DNA of 60,483 nucleotides, counting the filler, from Candidatus Woesearchaeota archaeon (GTDB taxonomy: Archaea; Nanobdellota; Nanobdellia; Woesearchaeales; CAZJJJ01): assembly GCA_046538795.1 (NCBI GenBank). It is 5 parts of 5 records of this genome, joined end to end, with 100 filler letters (N's around TTAATTAATTAA, not from the genome) between each part and the next. Parts side by side here need not be neighbours in the genome. Positions count along the whole stretch, not along the records: positions 23,138 to 45,397 come from JBKHIF010000017.1; positions 45,498 to 50,733 come from JBKHIF010000081.1; 3 more parts are not named here. One strand, given 5' to 3'. Shown piece by piece: positions 37,220 through 48,400 of this stretch. Each line of letters starts with the position of its first letter. The stretch's first letter is position 1. Below the pieces are notes generated by a model. That model made no database searches. It was not told the DNA's origin and saw only the letters and a program-made list of their open reading frames with translations. Position numbers and translations under genes: made by a program.

Positions 37220-37495
37220 TCAGAACAAAATGTCTTTATGTTTCATAAAATATGTTATCTTTTCGTTTCTTGGAAGCTTTTTTATCGCATATTCCATCTT
37301 TGATGCAGACGATTTATCGTCTGCTTTTATGGCATGAAGAAGCTGCAAGAAACCTTTTCTCTTGACATATTTACTGCCATTTCCTGATTCATGCGCAGCC
37401 ATACGTTTTTCAAGATCGTTTGTAATCCCTGTGTAGAGCGATTCATCCATGCATTCTAGAATATAAACACACCATTTCTTGTTTTTATTATCCAT
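37220..37495 (-). CDS. GIY-YIG nuclease (UPF0213/YhbQ-like)
   Basis: VYILECMDESLYTGITNDLEKR...H...GSKY...E...IKKL motifs. Start set at ATG 37495. Confidence 0.92.
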   Translation of the reverse strand: MDNKNKKWCVYILECMDESLYTGITNDLEKRMAAHESGNGSKYVKRKGFLQLLHAIKADDKSSASKMEYAIKKLPRNEKITYFMKHKDILF

Positions 37496-37566
37496 GAGAA
37501 TCAATATTAATATCCTATTAAAAATATATAAAACTTAGTAAAAAGAAGCAAAAGTATTCTATTTTT

Positions 37567-37974
37567 ATGGAATTCAAAAAACATCCTGAATGGTCAGAAG
37601 ATTATCCTGCGATAGATTGTATTGCAAAACCAGAAAGACCCGCAGGATATGATGAAAATGATAATCCTATTTTTTATTATCAAGAAGATGCAGTAAGAAA
37701 GGACATATCAGATCTCATCGAACTTTCTCCTAATGAATTCAGGGAATGGTATTACCCAAAAAGATCTGCTGCAGAAACAGAACTTAAAAGATGGAAAACA
37801 ATTGCAAGCATACCTCACCTGGGATATGGTGCACTTGAACATAATCTTTCTGCAATAACTCAAATAGGAAGCTTAGTCAATAATCTTGAAAATGGAGTGG
37901 ACTATTTAAAAAAAATAAAAGAATTATATGTAGAAGTACATCCAGATACAAGTTTGCTATTAAGCGATTTATAA
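37567..37974 (+). CDS. Hypothetical protein
   Basis: 135-aa ORF filling the gap between genes; no motif recognised. Confidence 0.6.
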   Translation: MEFKKHPEWSEDYPAIDCIAKPERPAGYDENDNPIFYYQEDAVRKDISDLIELSPNEFREWYYPKRSAAETELKRWKTIASIPHLGYGALEHNLSAITQIGSLVNNLENGVDYLKKIKELYVEVHPDTSLLLSDL

Positions 37975-37979
37975 TACTT

Positions 37980-38339
37980 TCACTTTCTATCTGTTCCTCT
38001 AAGAAAACGATAGTCTTTTAACATAGAATCAAGTTTATTCTCTAAACCTTTGAAATATTTAGTCTCTTCGTTAAAACCCAGAAAATTAATGAAACCGGCA
38101 TAGTTTGGCAGACTTCTATTTTTAGGATCAGTAAAACCATAAACATTGCCTTCTGCAGATATTTTTGCAAGAATTGCGCCTTTTTTAGGAATTTCGCACA
38201 GCATATCTATGCAGGGATTATTGTTTGGTGCAAGTTTTTTCTTCTTAGCGTGTACTTTCTCAAAATAGTCATGAAGAGAACTCACAAGATCAGAGGGTTC
38301 ATGTCTTTTATCAAGCCTAAAATAATATACAACAACCAT
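37980..38339 (-). CDS. Hypothetical protein
   Basis: 119-aa ORF with TTTTATAT upstream on the minus strand; no motif recognised. Confidence 0.6.
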   Translation of the reverse strand: MVVVYYFRLDKRHEPSDLVSSLHDYFEKVHAKKKKLAPNNNPCIDMLCEIPKKGAILAKISAEGNVYGFTDPKNRSLPNYAGFINFLGFNEETKYFKGLENKLDSMLKDYRFLRGTDRK

Positions 38340-38626
38340 TTTAGAAAGAATAAGGGCTTAATATAAAAGATTTACCTATAATATGGAACCTGTTCGTTCT
38401 TTTGTTTTATAATTTAATATTTGCTCACTCGTTATTTTTTCTCCCGGAAAATCGCACAGGACTTTTGTAAATTTTTCAGGTCGAGAAAAAAGCATCACTG
38501 GACATTTTCTCATGTGAAGTATTTAAACAAAAAAATAAATCTTATTTTTAAGAGAAAGCTCATAAAAAGGACAGCATAAACGGAGCTGGTTATGGGTGAG
38601 GTAGATTAGGGTTTTCACCCAATTTT

Positions 38627-39571
38627 TTAAGGAAAGGCTCTAAAAATATAGTTTGAAAGATACCATTCAGTTATCAGAAGAACAAAGGATAAAATGTATA
38701 AAATTAAAGAGAAACTAAATGGTCTTCTTACTTGTTCAACATCTGTGAATGAATCCAGAGCCTGTATTATGGTTTCTTTAGTCTGAGGAAGTATATATTC
38801 TCCATCACTTTCATCAGTAACCAGTTTCAGGGTATCTTCCTTTAATGAAGAATAACCAGATATTTGATCGTCAAAAGGAGCACCTTCTTCAGAACCCATT
38901 CCTATTATGTCTATCTTGATATTTTTTTCTTTTGCATCCTTAACAATTTCAAGAAGTTCTTCTGAACTAAGAACGTTTTCCTGTCCATCTGTAAATATGA
39001 TTATTTTTCTCTGTACTGTACTGTTATCTTCAAATATTGATATGCCAAAATTTATGGCTGCACCAAGGCTTGTACCCATGGTCTTTTTGACTGATATGTC
39101 GTCTATGGTAGATTTCACTATGCGTCTATCATAGGTGGGCTTTATCTGAGGATAGGCTAAAGATGTAAAACTTATCGCACCCAACTTTGTGTTACCTGGC
39201 ACAGAATCTATGAATTCTATCAACGCTTCTTTAGTTGCATCAATCCTGCTTGGTTCTATATCTGTTGCAAGCATGCTTCCTGAAGCGTCTATTGCAAATA
39301 TTATCTCTTCTGAAAGTCCTTCTCCTGTTATCCACATGCCCATTCCAGAAACTGCAAATATAAGAACTATGAAAAAAACAAGCCTGAAGATTAATTCCGG
39401 TATTTTTTTCGAAAAAATATTCTCCTTATCCTGAAGTCGTTTAAGTGTTTCAAAGTTGGCAAATTTAAAAGCCTGCTTTCTAAATCCAATCAAACTTACA
39501 AGGTGAAGTATGACTACAAAAGGCAACACAAATAACAGATACAATAGTTCAGGATGATCAAAATATATCAT
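38627..39571 (-). CDS. BatA-like VWA-domain membrane protein
   Basis: N-terminal FDHPELLYLL BatA-type TM, DASGSM MIDAS, PSRI, GTSLG and TDG motifs; C-terminal TM. Confidence 0.9.
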   Translation of the reverse strand: MIYFDHPELLYLLFVLPFVVILHLVSLIGFRKQAFKFANFETLKRLQDKENIFSKKIPELIFRLVFFIVLIFAVSGMGMWITGEGLSEEIIFAIDASGSMLATDIEPSRIDATKEALIEFIDSVPGNTKLGAISFTSLAYPQIKPTYDRRIVKSTIDDISVKKTMGTSLGAAINFGISIFEDNSTVQRKIIIFTDGQENVLSSEELLEIVKDAKEKNIKIDIIGMGSEEGAPFDDQISGYSSLKEDTLKLVTDESDGEYILPQTKETIIQALDSFTDVEQVRRPFSFSLILYILSFVLLITEWYLSNYIFRAFP

Positions 39572-40446
39572 TTCATCATATTCCTCTCTTCTACAAACTT
39601 AGGAAGCTTATTTCTTATATCGTCATCAGTGTTCATGACCCAAAGGTCTTTTTTAGCATGATAGAAAAAATCTTTGATCTTATTTATCCTTTCCTGATTT
39701 GCCTTACGATATTTATCAACAGCGTTGTATGTTGATATGACACCTCTTTGCTTTGCAAAAGGATCTTTTGCATCAAGATAAAATAAAGATTTGTCAAGTT
39801 CAAGATCAGTCTTATCATTAACCATGACACCTAGGATATCAAAATGATCTAGAACTGAGTATAACTGATTAAAAAAATCATCTCCAAATCCAAGAAAATC
39901 TGAAACCATTATCAGAAGATGAGTATCTCTGAATGTTTCTATGACCCAGGAAAGAGGTTTTGATATCTTTGCATTACCTCCAAATTTAGAATAATCTGTC
40001 AAAAGTTGTTTTATGATATAATATTGCTCCAGTTCTGATGCAAAAGGAGCAGTATTGATAACTTCATCATTATGAACTATAAGTCCCACACGATCTCCAA
40101 AATTAAGTATTCCATAAGCCAAATTCAAAACCAATTCAAGAGCAAACTCAACTTTCGCCTTATTTCCTGTGCCATATATCATTGTTTCAGACACATCAAG
40201 CATCAGCAAAATATTCATAGAAACATCCTCTGAATATACTCGCACAAGAGTTTCTGTCGAACGGGCTGATGCTTTCCAGTCAATCATTGAAGCATCATCA
40301 GAGATCTGATAAGGCCTGAAATGATCAAATTCAAGCCCTCTTTGCTGAACTATGCTTCTCGGACTTACTGTGTGAGCATAATCCCTCTGAAGGGTCACAA
40401 ATTTTATCTGATCCACGCAAGGAATATCATCTATTTTAAGTTTCAT
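39568..40446 (-). CDS. DUF58 domain protein
   Basis: GLEFDHFRPYQISDD, IDWKASAR, DVSETM and SDF motifs. Confidence 0.92.
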   Translation of the reverse strand: MKLKIDDIPCVDQIKFVTLQRDYAHTVSPRSIVQQRGLEFDHFRPYQISDDASMIDWKASARSTETLVRVYSEDVSMNILLMLDVSETMIYGTGNKAKVEFALELVLNLAYGILNFGDRVGLIVHNDEVINTAPFASELEQYYIIKQLLTDYSKFGGNAKISKPLSWVIETFRDTHLLIMVSDFLGFGDDFFNQLYSVLDHFDILGVMVNDKTDLELDKSLFYLDAKDPFAKQRGVISTYNAVDKYRKANQERINKIKDFFYHAKKDLWVMNTDDDIRNKLPKFVEERNMMK

Positions 40447-40476
40447 TTTGTCTTAAAGGTGTTATAAGATTGCAGA

Positions 40477-41556
40477 TTAATAAATCTTTACAGTCTCAAG
40501 GATTTCTGTTATTATATCATCAGAAGTTATGTTTTCCATCTTTGACCTGAAATCAAGAATGACCCTATGCCTCATCACAGAATATACAACCTCTTTTATA
40601 TCTCGCGGGATAACATAATGCCTGCCTTTCATAAGAGCCTGTGCTTTCGAAGCAATAAGTATTCCTATAGAGGCTCTTGGAGAACCGCCGATCTTTATCA
40701 GATCATGGTGCTTTATCTTCATTTCATATCTGTTTCTTGAGCAGTTGATTATATTCAGAATATATTTTTTTAGTTTTGGCTCGATATGTACAAAATGCAT
40801 CAAAGACTGCATGATAATTATGTCTCTTTTATTCAGGACACGCTTAAGCTTGAAATGATCTATCGTCTTTGTATTCAGATTATCTTCCAGGATTCCCAGC
40901 TCAGAATCAAAATCAGGGTAATCGACAATAACCTTGAACAAGAACCTATCTACCTGAGCTTCAGGAAGTACAAATGTTCCTCCTGTTTCTATCGGGTTCT
41001 GGGTTGCAACAACCAAAAATGGATTCGGAAGCTTATATGTATTTTTTCCAATAGTTACCTGATGCTCTGCCATACCTTCAAGCATAGCTGACTGAACCTT
41101 TGGAGGAGCCCTGTTAATCTCGTCTGCAAGCATAAGGTTACAAAATATAGGACCTTTGAGAACTCCAAAACCAAGTTCTTTATCGTAAGTAGTTATACCG
41201 ATTATATCTGATGGCAAAAGATCTGTCGTGAACTGCACCCTGTGAAACGTTATATCACATATCTCTGAAACCGAACGGCAAAGGACTGTTTTTCCAAGAC
41301 CTGGAAGACCTTCAAGAAGTATATTTCCATGGCATATAAACCCTCTCAAGATACACAAAAGAAGCTCATCCTGACCCTTAACGACCTTTTCAATCTCAAC
41401 TTTAGCCTCACCTATCTTCTCATTCCATTTTCTGAATAACTGTATCAGTTCTTCTTTTGATTTTTCTGCAAGTATCTTTTGGACATGAGAATGCTCAAGA
41501 ACATCTTTTTCTTCTTCGTCTTCTTCTAAGGCATTCTTTAGTTTAGTATCGGGCAT
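40477..41556 (-). CDS. moxR: MoxR-family AAA+ ATPase
   Basis: GLPGLGKT, QFTTDLLPSD, DEINRAPPKVQSA, ATQNPIE and LPEAQVDRF motifs. Start reset to ATG 41556. Confidence 0.95.
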   Translation of the reverse strand: MPDTKLKNALEEDEEEKDVLEHSHVQKILAEKSKEELIQLFRKWNEKIGEAKVEIEKVVKGQDELLLCILRGFICHGNILLEGLPGLGKTVLCRSVSEICDITFHRVQFTTDLLPSDIIGITTYDKELGFGVLKGPIFCNLMLADEINRAPPKVQSAMLEGMAEHQVTIGKNTYKLPNPFLVVATQNPIETGGTFVLPEAQVDRFLFKVIVDYPDFDSELGILEDNLNTKTIDHFKLKRVLNKRDIIIMQSLMHFVHIEPKLKKYILNIINCSRNRYEMKIKHHDLIKIGGSPRASIGILIASKAQALMKGRHYVIPRDIKEVVYSVMRHRVILDFRSKMENITSDDIITEILETVKIY

Positions 41557-41650
41557 AATAATTATTGTATGTATTCTATATAAAAAAGTTTCACAATCAC
41601 CCTGAAGTGGTAATGAATCTTTAAATGAAGCGATTTCCTGAAAATATAGT

Positions 41651-42601
41651 ATGGGTTGGAAAATTCCGAAAATGCCATTTTTCAAGAATAAAGCCGAAAG
41701 TATAAATGAAATAAATTCATTCTTTGAAAAGAACAGAGATAATTATCTGAAAAAGATTGAAGATATAGAAAGCGGCAATAATAACAACCCAACTGCAAAA
41801 TTTCATAAGTTTGCCTATCTTTTTCATGACAGCGTAGGAAGTTTCCTTAAAGTAAGGGAAAGCAGCACCATGGATGAACTGGTTGATGAAATAAAAGACT
41901 TAAGTTCAAAGAATTATTCTCTTACAAAAAAGATAAAAGACAAAGAAGACATGCTTCTCAATGAGAAAGACAAGGAGAAGTTCAACAAGATAAACAATGA
42001 ACTCAAGATACTTTATTATGACAAAGATTATTTCAGCGCACTTGAAAACAACATATGCAAGCATGCGTTGGTGTCAGAGCTCAAAGAAATTGTTGACCTT
42101 CTGAACTGGATGGAATATAGTGGAGATGAGATAACAGAAGACGACCTAAGGAAAGTCTTGAGAAAATCAACAAGATTGGTAAGATCTATTTCTGAAAAGC
42201 AAAAAGATATTTCCAGAGACAAGGATGATTACGTGGTTGACAAGCTTAAGATAGATAAGAATAAGAAGGACGATCTTCCTCCCCCAAAAAAGAAAGACGT
42301 TCAGGAAAACAGCACTGAACCAGAAAAAAAGGAATCTGAACTAAAAAATAATCAAAAACCAGAAGCTAAACCTGTAATTAAAAACCTGTTTCCTGAAGAA
42401 AAAGAATTTATCAAGAAAAAGGTAGGAGAAAAATATTTTTCATCATATTTCGTGCCAATCATTTCGTTTATGGAAAAATTTACAGAAGGCTATGAAAAAC
42501 TCCCTTTCATAAAAGAATCTCTTATAAAAAACAAATGGCCGGAAAAGCATGTAGAATATGTTGTAAGCTTAATTAAACTCGTAATTGATCATAGACAATG
42601 A
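41651..42601 (+). CDS. Hypothetical coiled-coil protein divergent from the MoxR operon
   Basis: 316-aa K/E-rich helical ORF ending IKESLIKNKWPEKHV. Confidence 0.75.
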   Translation: MGWKIPKMPFFKNKAESINEINSFFEKNRDNYLKKIEDIESGNNNNPTAKFHKFAYLFHDSVGSFLKVRESSTMDELVDEIKDLSSKNYSLTKKIKDKEDMLLNEKDKEKFNKINNELKILYYDKDYFSALENNICKHALVSELKEIVDLLNWMEYSGDEITEDDLRKVLRKSTRLVRSISEKQKDISRDKDDYVVDKLKIDKNKKDDLPPPKKKDVQENSTEPEKKESELKNNQKPEAKPVIKNLFPEEKEFIKKKVGEKYFSSYFVPIISFMEKFTEGYEKLPFIKESLIKNKWPEKHVEYVVSLIKLVIDHRQ

Positions 42602-42607
42602 ACAATT

Positions 42608-45397
42608 TCATATCTTTCTGTATATTGTAACAAGACTCATGACTATGGTTATGAAAAAAATTACTCCAATGCTTACTGCAAGCATCAGGTATTCATTGCT
42701 GGTCTTTATCTTGTCAATCGTCCGATCCATAATATTTCCGGTTATCATTTCTTCATTATCTGAATATTTTATCAGAAGCTTACAATCATTTATAAAATTA
42801 TCAAGAGTCTGACTCGCTTTATCAAGTTCTTCTGATTCAATATAATGCTTTGCACGATCTACATATTCAGAAAGCTCTGCACATTCTTCATTCTTGCTTA
42901 GAAGATCAGATACAAAAGAAAGCTTAAGAGTTTCTGCATTATCATCTGAAGATGCTCTTTTCAATGAAGTAACCATTATCTTTGCAGAATCTGAATAAAG
43001 AGGATCAGCCACACTTACATTAACTATAACGCCAAAAGAGTCATAGATATCACTAACATTCATTTTAAGCAATATTTCAGATGACTGATCTCTTCCAAGA
43101 AGCTCAATTTCAGATTTATCTATCGTAACAGGATAATTGCCGCGATCAGAAGTTGCATTTATCGAAAGCCCCATTAGATCAAATTTCTCATTATTTTGAA
43201 GAGTGATTGGGATTTCTATTGTCTCATCATCATATATGGTAACTTCCTGAGGGTGGATTATATCCAAAGCAACAGGCTCTTCTTTTGTCTTATACTCAAA
43301 TATGGTCTCTGTCTCGACTCTTGTCCTGTAACTTGTACCAGACGATGTTGTCGAAGTGCTTGTTGAATCAGTAGAATCTTCTCCATCGCTTTGTATCTCA
43401 ATAGTTATTAAATTACTATCAGTCGAGCTGTTGTGCTCATCTGTTGCTGTAAATATCAAGGAAGCAGTTCCTGCATTGTTGAAATCAAGCCCGACATAAC
43501 TTCCTGATGCGTAAGAAACTGTAACCAGATTTGCCCCTTGTATAAATCTGTGACTGTAGGTAACATTATCATCTTTATCTGGATCTATGAAAAAGTTATC
43601 CAGATCAATCCACCCTGCATACTGAGTGTTGGCAGATACCTGAAGGTCGTGAATGTCATATGTCATATCTACTCCGGAAATAACAGGAGTTGCAGTATTA
43701 TTGGTTGAATTAACCTGAAGCTTAAACCAAAAGTACCTATAATCTTCTGTTGAAATCTCCTCGCCATCATATAATGAAAAAGATGGTGTTTCTGTTGCCT
43801 GCCTTGTTGTATCTGTATATACATAAACATCATATCCTGAAGAATTATCTGAGTTATCATATGAGATTGTCCTGTAATCTATCCTGTCTATGCCATAACT
43901 TGACGATCTAAAATCAATATAGTCAGAAGTAAATGATCCGTTGCTGAAAAAAACAGATGGCGATGAATTCAATAGCATAAGGTTTCCGTCTGTTAATTTT
44001 GTCCCGTTATATACACCGCTTCCCTGGATAAAATCATAATGTTTCTTTCCAAAGACAATAGGCCTGTTCACATTTTCAGCACTAAGCTGCCAGGATATGT
44101 TCACAGATGATATGCCATCATATACAGAAAGAATTATTGTTTCCTGAGGAGATGCATTAAACGGTATTGTATAATTATAATCTCCGTGAATACTATGATA
44201 GAATAATGATGTTATACCATCCTTCTCACGGTACCAGGTATAGTTTATGGTGTCAAAATCAGGGTCAAATGCATCTACAGTAAAATAAACAGACCTGTTT
44301 TCCTGACAGTTGAAATAATTATAATCATCAGATTCATTTCCCTGTAAGAACACCCCGCCATAACTGTAATTCATGCTCCAGTTAAATATAGGCAAGTCAT
44401 TTTGATTTTGTACAGTGAAATTGAATACAATGCTGGTCGTATCGTTGCCGTCAGAAGCGCTGATGTTGACCCAATATTCTCCAACCTGATTTGATCTTGG
44501 CGTGAAATTTATTGTTCCTGTGACAGTATTGTCAGGATTAGTAACAACCCGAGTAAAATTAAATAATGATATGTTTTCAGTATATACATTATTGCCAAGA
44601 TCTGTAAAATTAAAAAATTGGACATTAAGACTAATGCTGTCATTTTCTTCATCTGAAGCATTAAGATGAACTTCAGAAAATTGCTCTTCAAAAATATTAT
44701 CCCAAAACGAGATGTTTGTTATATTTTCAGTAAATACCGGTGGGTCGTTTATCTCGGTTATATTTACCCAGATTACCTCAGTAGTATTTATTGTTCCATC
44801 ATGGACCCAAAGCGTAACATTATAATTGGCGTTTAATGGTGGAATAAAACTTATAAGTCCGGTTTCTGAATCAATATCAAATTCAGTAGTATTGTCTCCA
44901 AAAGTTATATTATCCTGCCAGTCAGGATCATCAGCAAGCACCTGATATTCACACAATTCATCTTCTTCACAAGTAATATTTGATATCTGTGTAAAAACAG
45001 GAGGATGATTTTCAGTAACATTAAATGAAAGCACAAAATAATCAAAAAGATCTGTACTGTCGTTTACTGAGATATTTACCTCATAATACCCGATTGTATC
45101 AGGTGTAAATGATATTTCTCCAATTGCGCTTGTGTTATATGATCCTGTATCTACGGTTGAAATATTAAAAAGACTGGTGTTATCGTTGAATCCTACAATG
45201 TTTCCATCTTCATCTGATGCATATACATATACTGAATAACTCAAATTCACCTTTAGCATGTTATTTTCAATAGCTATTGAAGTTATATTAGGAGGAGAAG
45301 GAGTATCTATTATCTCAAGCATGAAATCATAATGATCTATCGAATTTTTTGTATCGTTTGCATATACTCTCAGGGAATGATTACCTACCAGAGATTG
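42608..45397 (-). CDS. Large surface glycoprotein with cadherin/Ig-like repeats, 5'-truncated
   Basis: The frame is open to the contig edge (QSLVGNHSLRVYAND...). Repeated NxPPVF, AxDxD and GxISFTP motifs, many NxS/T sequons, an S/T linker and a C-terminal TM. Confidence 0.85.
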   Translation of the reverse strand, partial: QSLVGNHSLRVYANDTKNSIDHYDFMLEIIDTPSPPNITSIAIENNMLKVNLSYSVYVYASDEDGNIVGFNDNTSLFNISTVDTGSYNTSAIGEISFTPDTIGYYEVNISVNDSTDLFDYFVLSFNVTENHPPVFTQISNITCEEDELCEYQVLADDPDWQDNITFGDNTTEFDIDSETGLISFIPPLNANYNVTLWVHDGTINTTEVIWVNITEINDPPVFTENITNISFWDNIFEEQFSEVHLNASDEENDSISLNVQFFNFTDLGNNVYTENISLFNFTRVVTNPDNTVTGTINFTPRSNQVGEYWVNISASDGNDTTSIVFNFTVQNQNDLPIFNWSMNYSYGGVFLQGNESDDYNYFNCQENRSVYFTVDAFDPDFDTINYTWYREKDGITSLFYHSIHGDYNYTIPFNASPQETIILSVYDGISSVNISWQLSAENVNRPIVFGKKHYDFIQGSGVYNGTKLTDGNLMLLNSSPSVFFSNGSFTSDYIDFRSSSYGIDRIDYRTISYDNSDNSSGYDVYVYTDTTRQATETPSFSLYDGEEISTEDYRYFWFKLQVNSTNNTATPVISGVDMTYDIHDLQVSANTQYAGWIDLDNFFIDPDKDDNVTYSHRFIQGANLVTVSYASGSYVGLDFNNAGTASLIFTATDEHNSSTDSNLITIEIQSDGEDSTDSTSTSTTSSGTSYRTRVETETIFEYKTKEEPVALDIIHPQEVTIYDDETIEIPITLQNNEKFDLMGLSINATSDRGNYPVTIDKSEIELLGRDQSSEILLKMNVSDIYDSFGVIVNVSVADPLYSDSAKIMVTSLKRASSDDNAETLKLSFVSDLLSKNEECAELSEYVDRAKHYIESEELDKASQTLDNFINDCKLLIKYSDNEEMITGNIMDRTIDKIKTSNEYLMLAVSIGVIFFITIVMSLVTIYRKI

Positions 45398-45497
45398 NNN
45401 NNNNNNNNNNNNNNNNNNNNNNNNNNNNNNNNNNNNNNNNNTTAATTAATTAANNNNNNNNNNNNNNNNNNNNNNNNNNNNNNNNNNNNNNNNNNNN
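45398..45497. other. Artificial contig linker
   Basis: 44N-TTAATTAATTAA-44N. Confidence 0.98.
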
Positions 45498-45499
45498 TT

Positions 45500-48400
45500 C
45501 CGGGAAAACATAGCGTAAAGGCGACTTTCGTCAGAGGCTCTGAATTCAAGACAGAGAAAAGCTCATTTATCATCATAAGACCTGATGTAAACATAACTAT
45601 GGAGATTCCTGATAAGATGTATCATTATTCAGGACAACTTGATATCAAGGGAATTCTTAACATAAGCCATTCAGGAGAGCCAATATCAGGAGATGTATCT
45701 CTGTCTATATACAGCGAGGATACACTTAAGAATACCTGCCTTACATATTGCGAAGGCGCCTGTGAGTTCAACTGTACGCTTAAAAATCACATAGAATTCA
45801 CAAATTACAGAATATATGCGACACTTCTTTATGATCTCCTTGAGTTTTCAACATATGAAGAATTTGAAGTACTGTTCAGGAAGGTAAAGGTTGATCTTGA
45901 TATAAACAGAAAAGAGAATTACAGTCTTAATGAACCTCAGGAATATATAATTACTGCAAAAGATGATGTTACAGAAAATAATATTGAAGGAGCAAATATC
46001 TATGTTGAAATAATAGATCCATATGATACAACATACAGGATACTTCCTTCTCCTCTCGGAAATGGAAAATACTCATTTGAATTCATAGGTGTGATTTCTG
46101 GAAACTATAGTGCAAAGCTTACTTTCATTAAAGATGCAATCTTTTATTCAGAAAATTTTTCATTTTATGTAAGCGATGAGGAATATGTTCCCCTGCATGA
46201 AAGAAATGTTTCTTTGATCCAGCTTCCTGCAAAAGTCGGAGAAGATGTTAAGTGGATACGTGAAGTTTTTGCCGATAACATGACAAGAAATGTTGTCATA
46301 CATAAGGAAACAAAAAACCTTAAGATAAATAACTTGGTTGATCATGATATTAGAATTCTTGCAGGAAACAAGAACATAACATATTCTGAACTTGAAACCT
46401 TCAATGAACTTAGATTACTTGAAAAAAGAATGGAATCTTATGAGGTTCTCAAAAAAGAGGCAGGAATAATAGAAAAGATGGGCATAAACAGACAAATTGA
46501 ATCACTTGCATTAGAAGCTTCAAGATTAAAGGGGCGTTATGATATTAACATATCTCATGATCCTGTTCTTGATCTTTCAGGGCTTGAAGGTTATAATGTG
46601 ATATCTTATGAGACACCCGCCCCTAATAAACAGGAAAAGAATATATCTGATATGAAAAAAGAAGTTACAATATACAGCGAACTTCATTATAGAGATGTGC
46701 TTGTTTCGACATCAGTCACAGAGACATATAAGGATAAGATAAGATTATACTGGATAAAAGATGGAGAACGTGAATTATTCAGGGATGTGAAATATATAGA
46801 TGAAAATAAGAATGGACTTGTTGATAATATAGAATGGGTTGTTCCTCATCTTAGCAACCAGACTTTTGAAGTTGAGATTGTAATAGAAGATGAGAGGTTT
46901 TCTATTCCTGAGTTAAGCAGTGTGATGCAGCATGATCTGGCAAGATTTGTAGCCAGGCCTAACTGGCCGGAAATTGATAATCATTCTGATTATTTCTGCA
47001 CATTTGTATGGGACGGCGTTTCTTATGATATGATCTATGATAATGGAAATTATGAATATTATCTGGAATTTGATGAGATTGGCGAATATGATTATAAGAT
47101 AATGTGCGGTAATCAGGTTAAGAACGGAACACTTGAAATCTTAAGAAGCATTGATGTTCCTTCAAGACGTTCAAGATTTTCGAAAACTTACTTTTTTGAT
47201 GATCAATTCTATGTGACTGACTCATTCCTTTTTCCAATGCATTACATGGATGATGGAATTTGGAAAAATATAGATTCTGAATTCATTGCTTCTGAAGAGG
47301 GTTATTCAATAAAGAGAGGAGAGCTTGAGATCAGGATAAAAAGAGATACTGATTCAGCATATCTGTCAGAAATTATCAAGGATAATAAAACCATTCTTTC
47401 AAAACCATTGTCTGTTGCCTATTATGATATATCTAATGACAATCATACAGTTCTTCTGGAAAAGAATCCTGATAACAGCATAAATGTTGAAAGAATTGGA
47501 AATAGGATTATATTTCATGATTATTTTGACATGATTGATCTTGAATTTGAATATAGAAATGACAAGATTAAGCAGAATCTGATAATAAGTCCTGAAGCGA
47601 TAAAAATTATGCCAAATCCTGCAGCATTTTCTATGGATCAGGCAAGAACAATGGTTGTTCTTATTTCAGATATCAATTCTTATGATTTAGACATACCTGA
47701 AACAGATGGATTTTCAAATGAAGAAATAATGCTTGAAGGCAGAATTTCAGGAGAATTATTTCTTGATAAGGATTATTATCATGCTCCCGGAGACAAAGAT
47801 GATATTGAGATGATGCAAAGGATGATCTTTACAGAACAAGAACGTTCTTTGATATTTTCAGGAATTTCATTTTCAGATATGAAGATGCATGAGTCCACAG
47901 GAATAGTGTTTGATCCAAGTTTCAGCATAACAGATACAGGAAGCGATGCAATGAGCGTGAACAATGATATCAGAATAGATTACTATGATTCAGATTCCCC
48001 ATATCTTTTCTTTGGAGATTATCAGGGAGATACATATCAGGCAGGGCTTCGTTTTAATCTCAACATACCTAAAAATGCAACAATTGTTTCTGCTTATCTT
48101 ACTTTGGTTCCGGGAATTAACATGACTGGTGGAAGTTTTACTGCAAACATTTTAGTTCAGGATACTGATGATGCAGCATTATTTTCAGACGGATCAGGAA
48201 GCATAGCCACTTTTGCATCATACTTTCCCGATACCATATCCTGGGAAATAGATACATGGAGCATTGATTTCAATTATTCTACGCCTGACATTTCTGAACT
48301 TGTCCAAGTTATCGTGAACAAGAGTGGCTGGGAAAAGGGAAATCATATTGGATTTATGATTGATTCAGGAAATGCAAGTGATTCTTACAGGAGTTTTGAG

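Noticed and set aside
38376..38513. Possible 45-aa minus-strand ORF (MRKCPVMLFSRPE...) in the intergenic gap
   Set aside because: No SD, no motif and no Pup-like C-terminus; cannot be supported.
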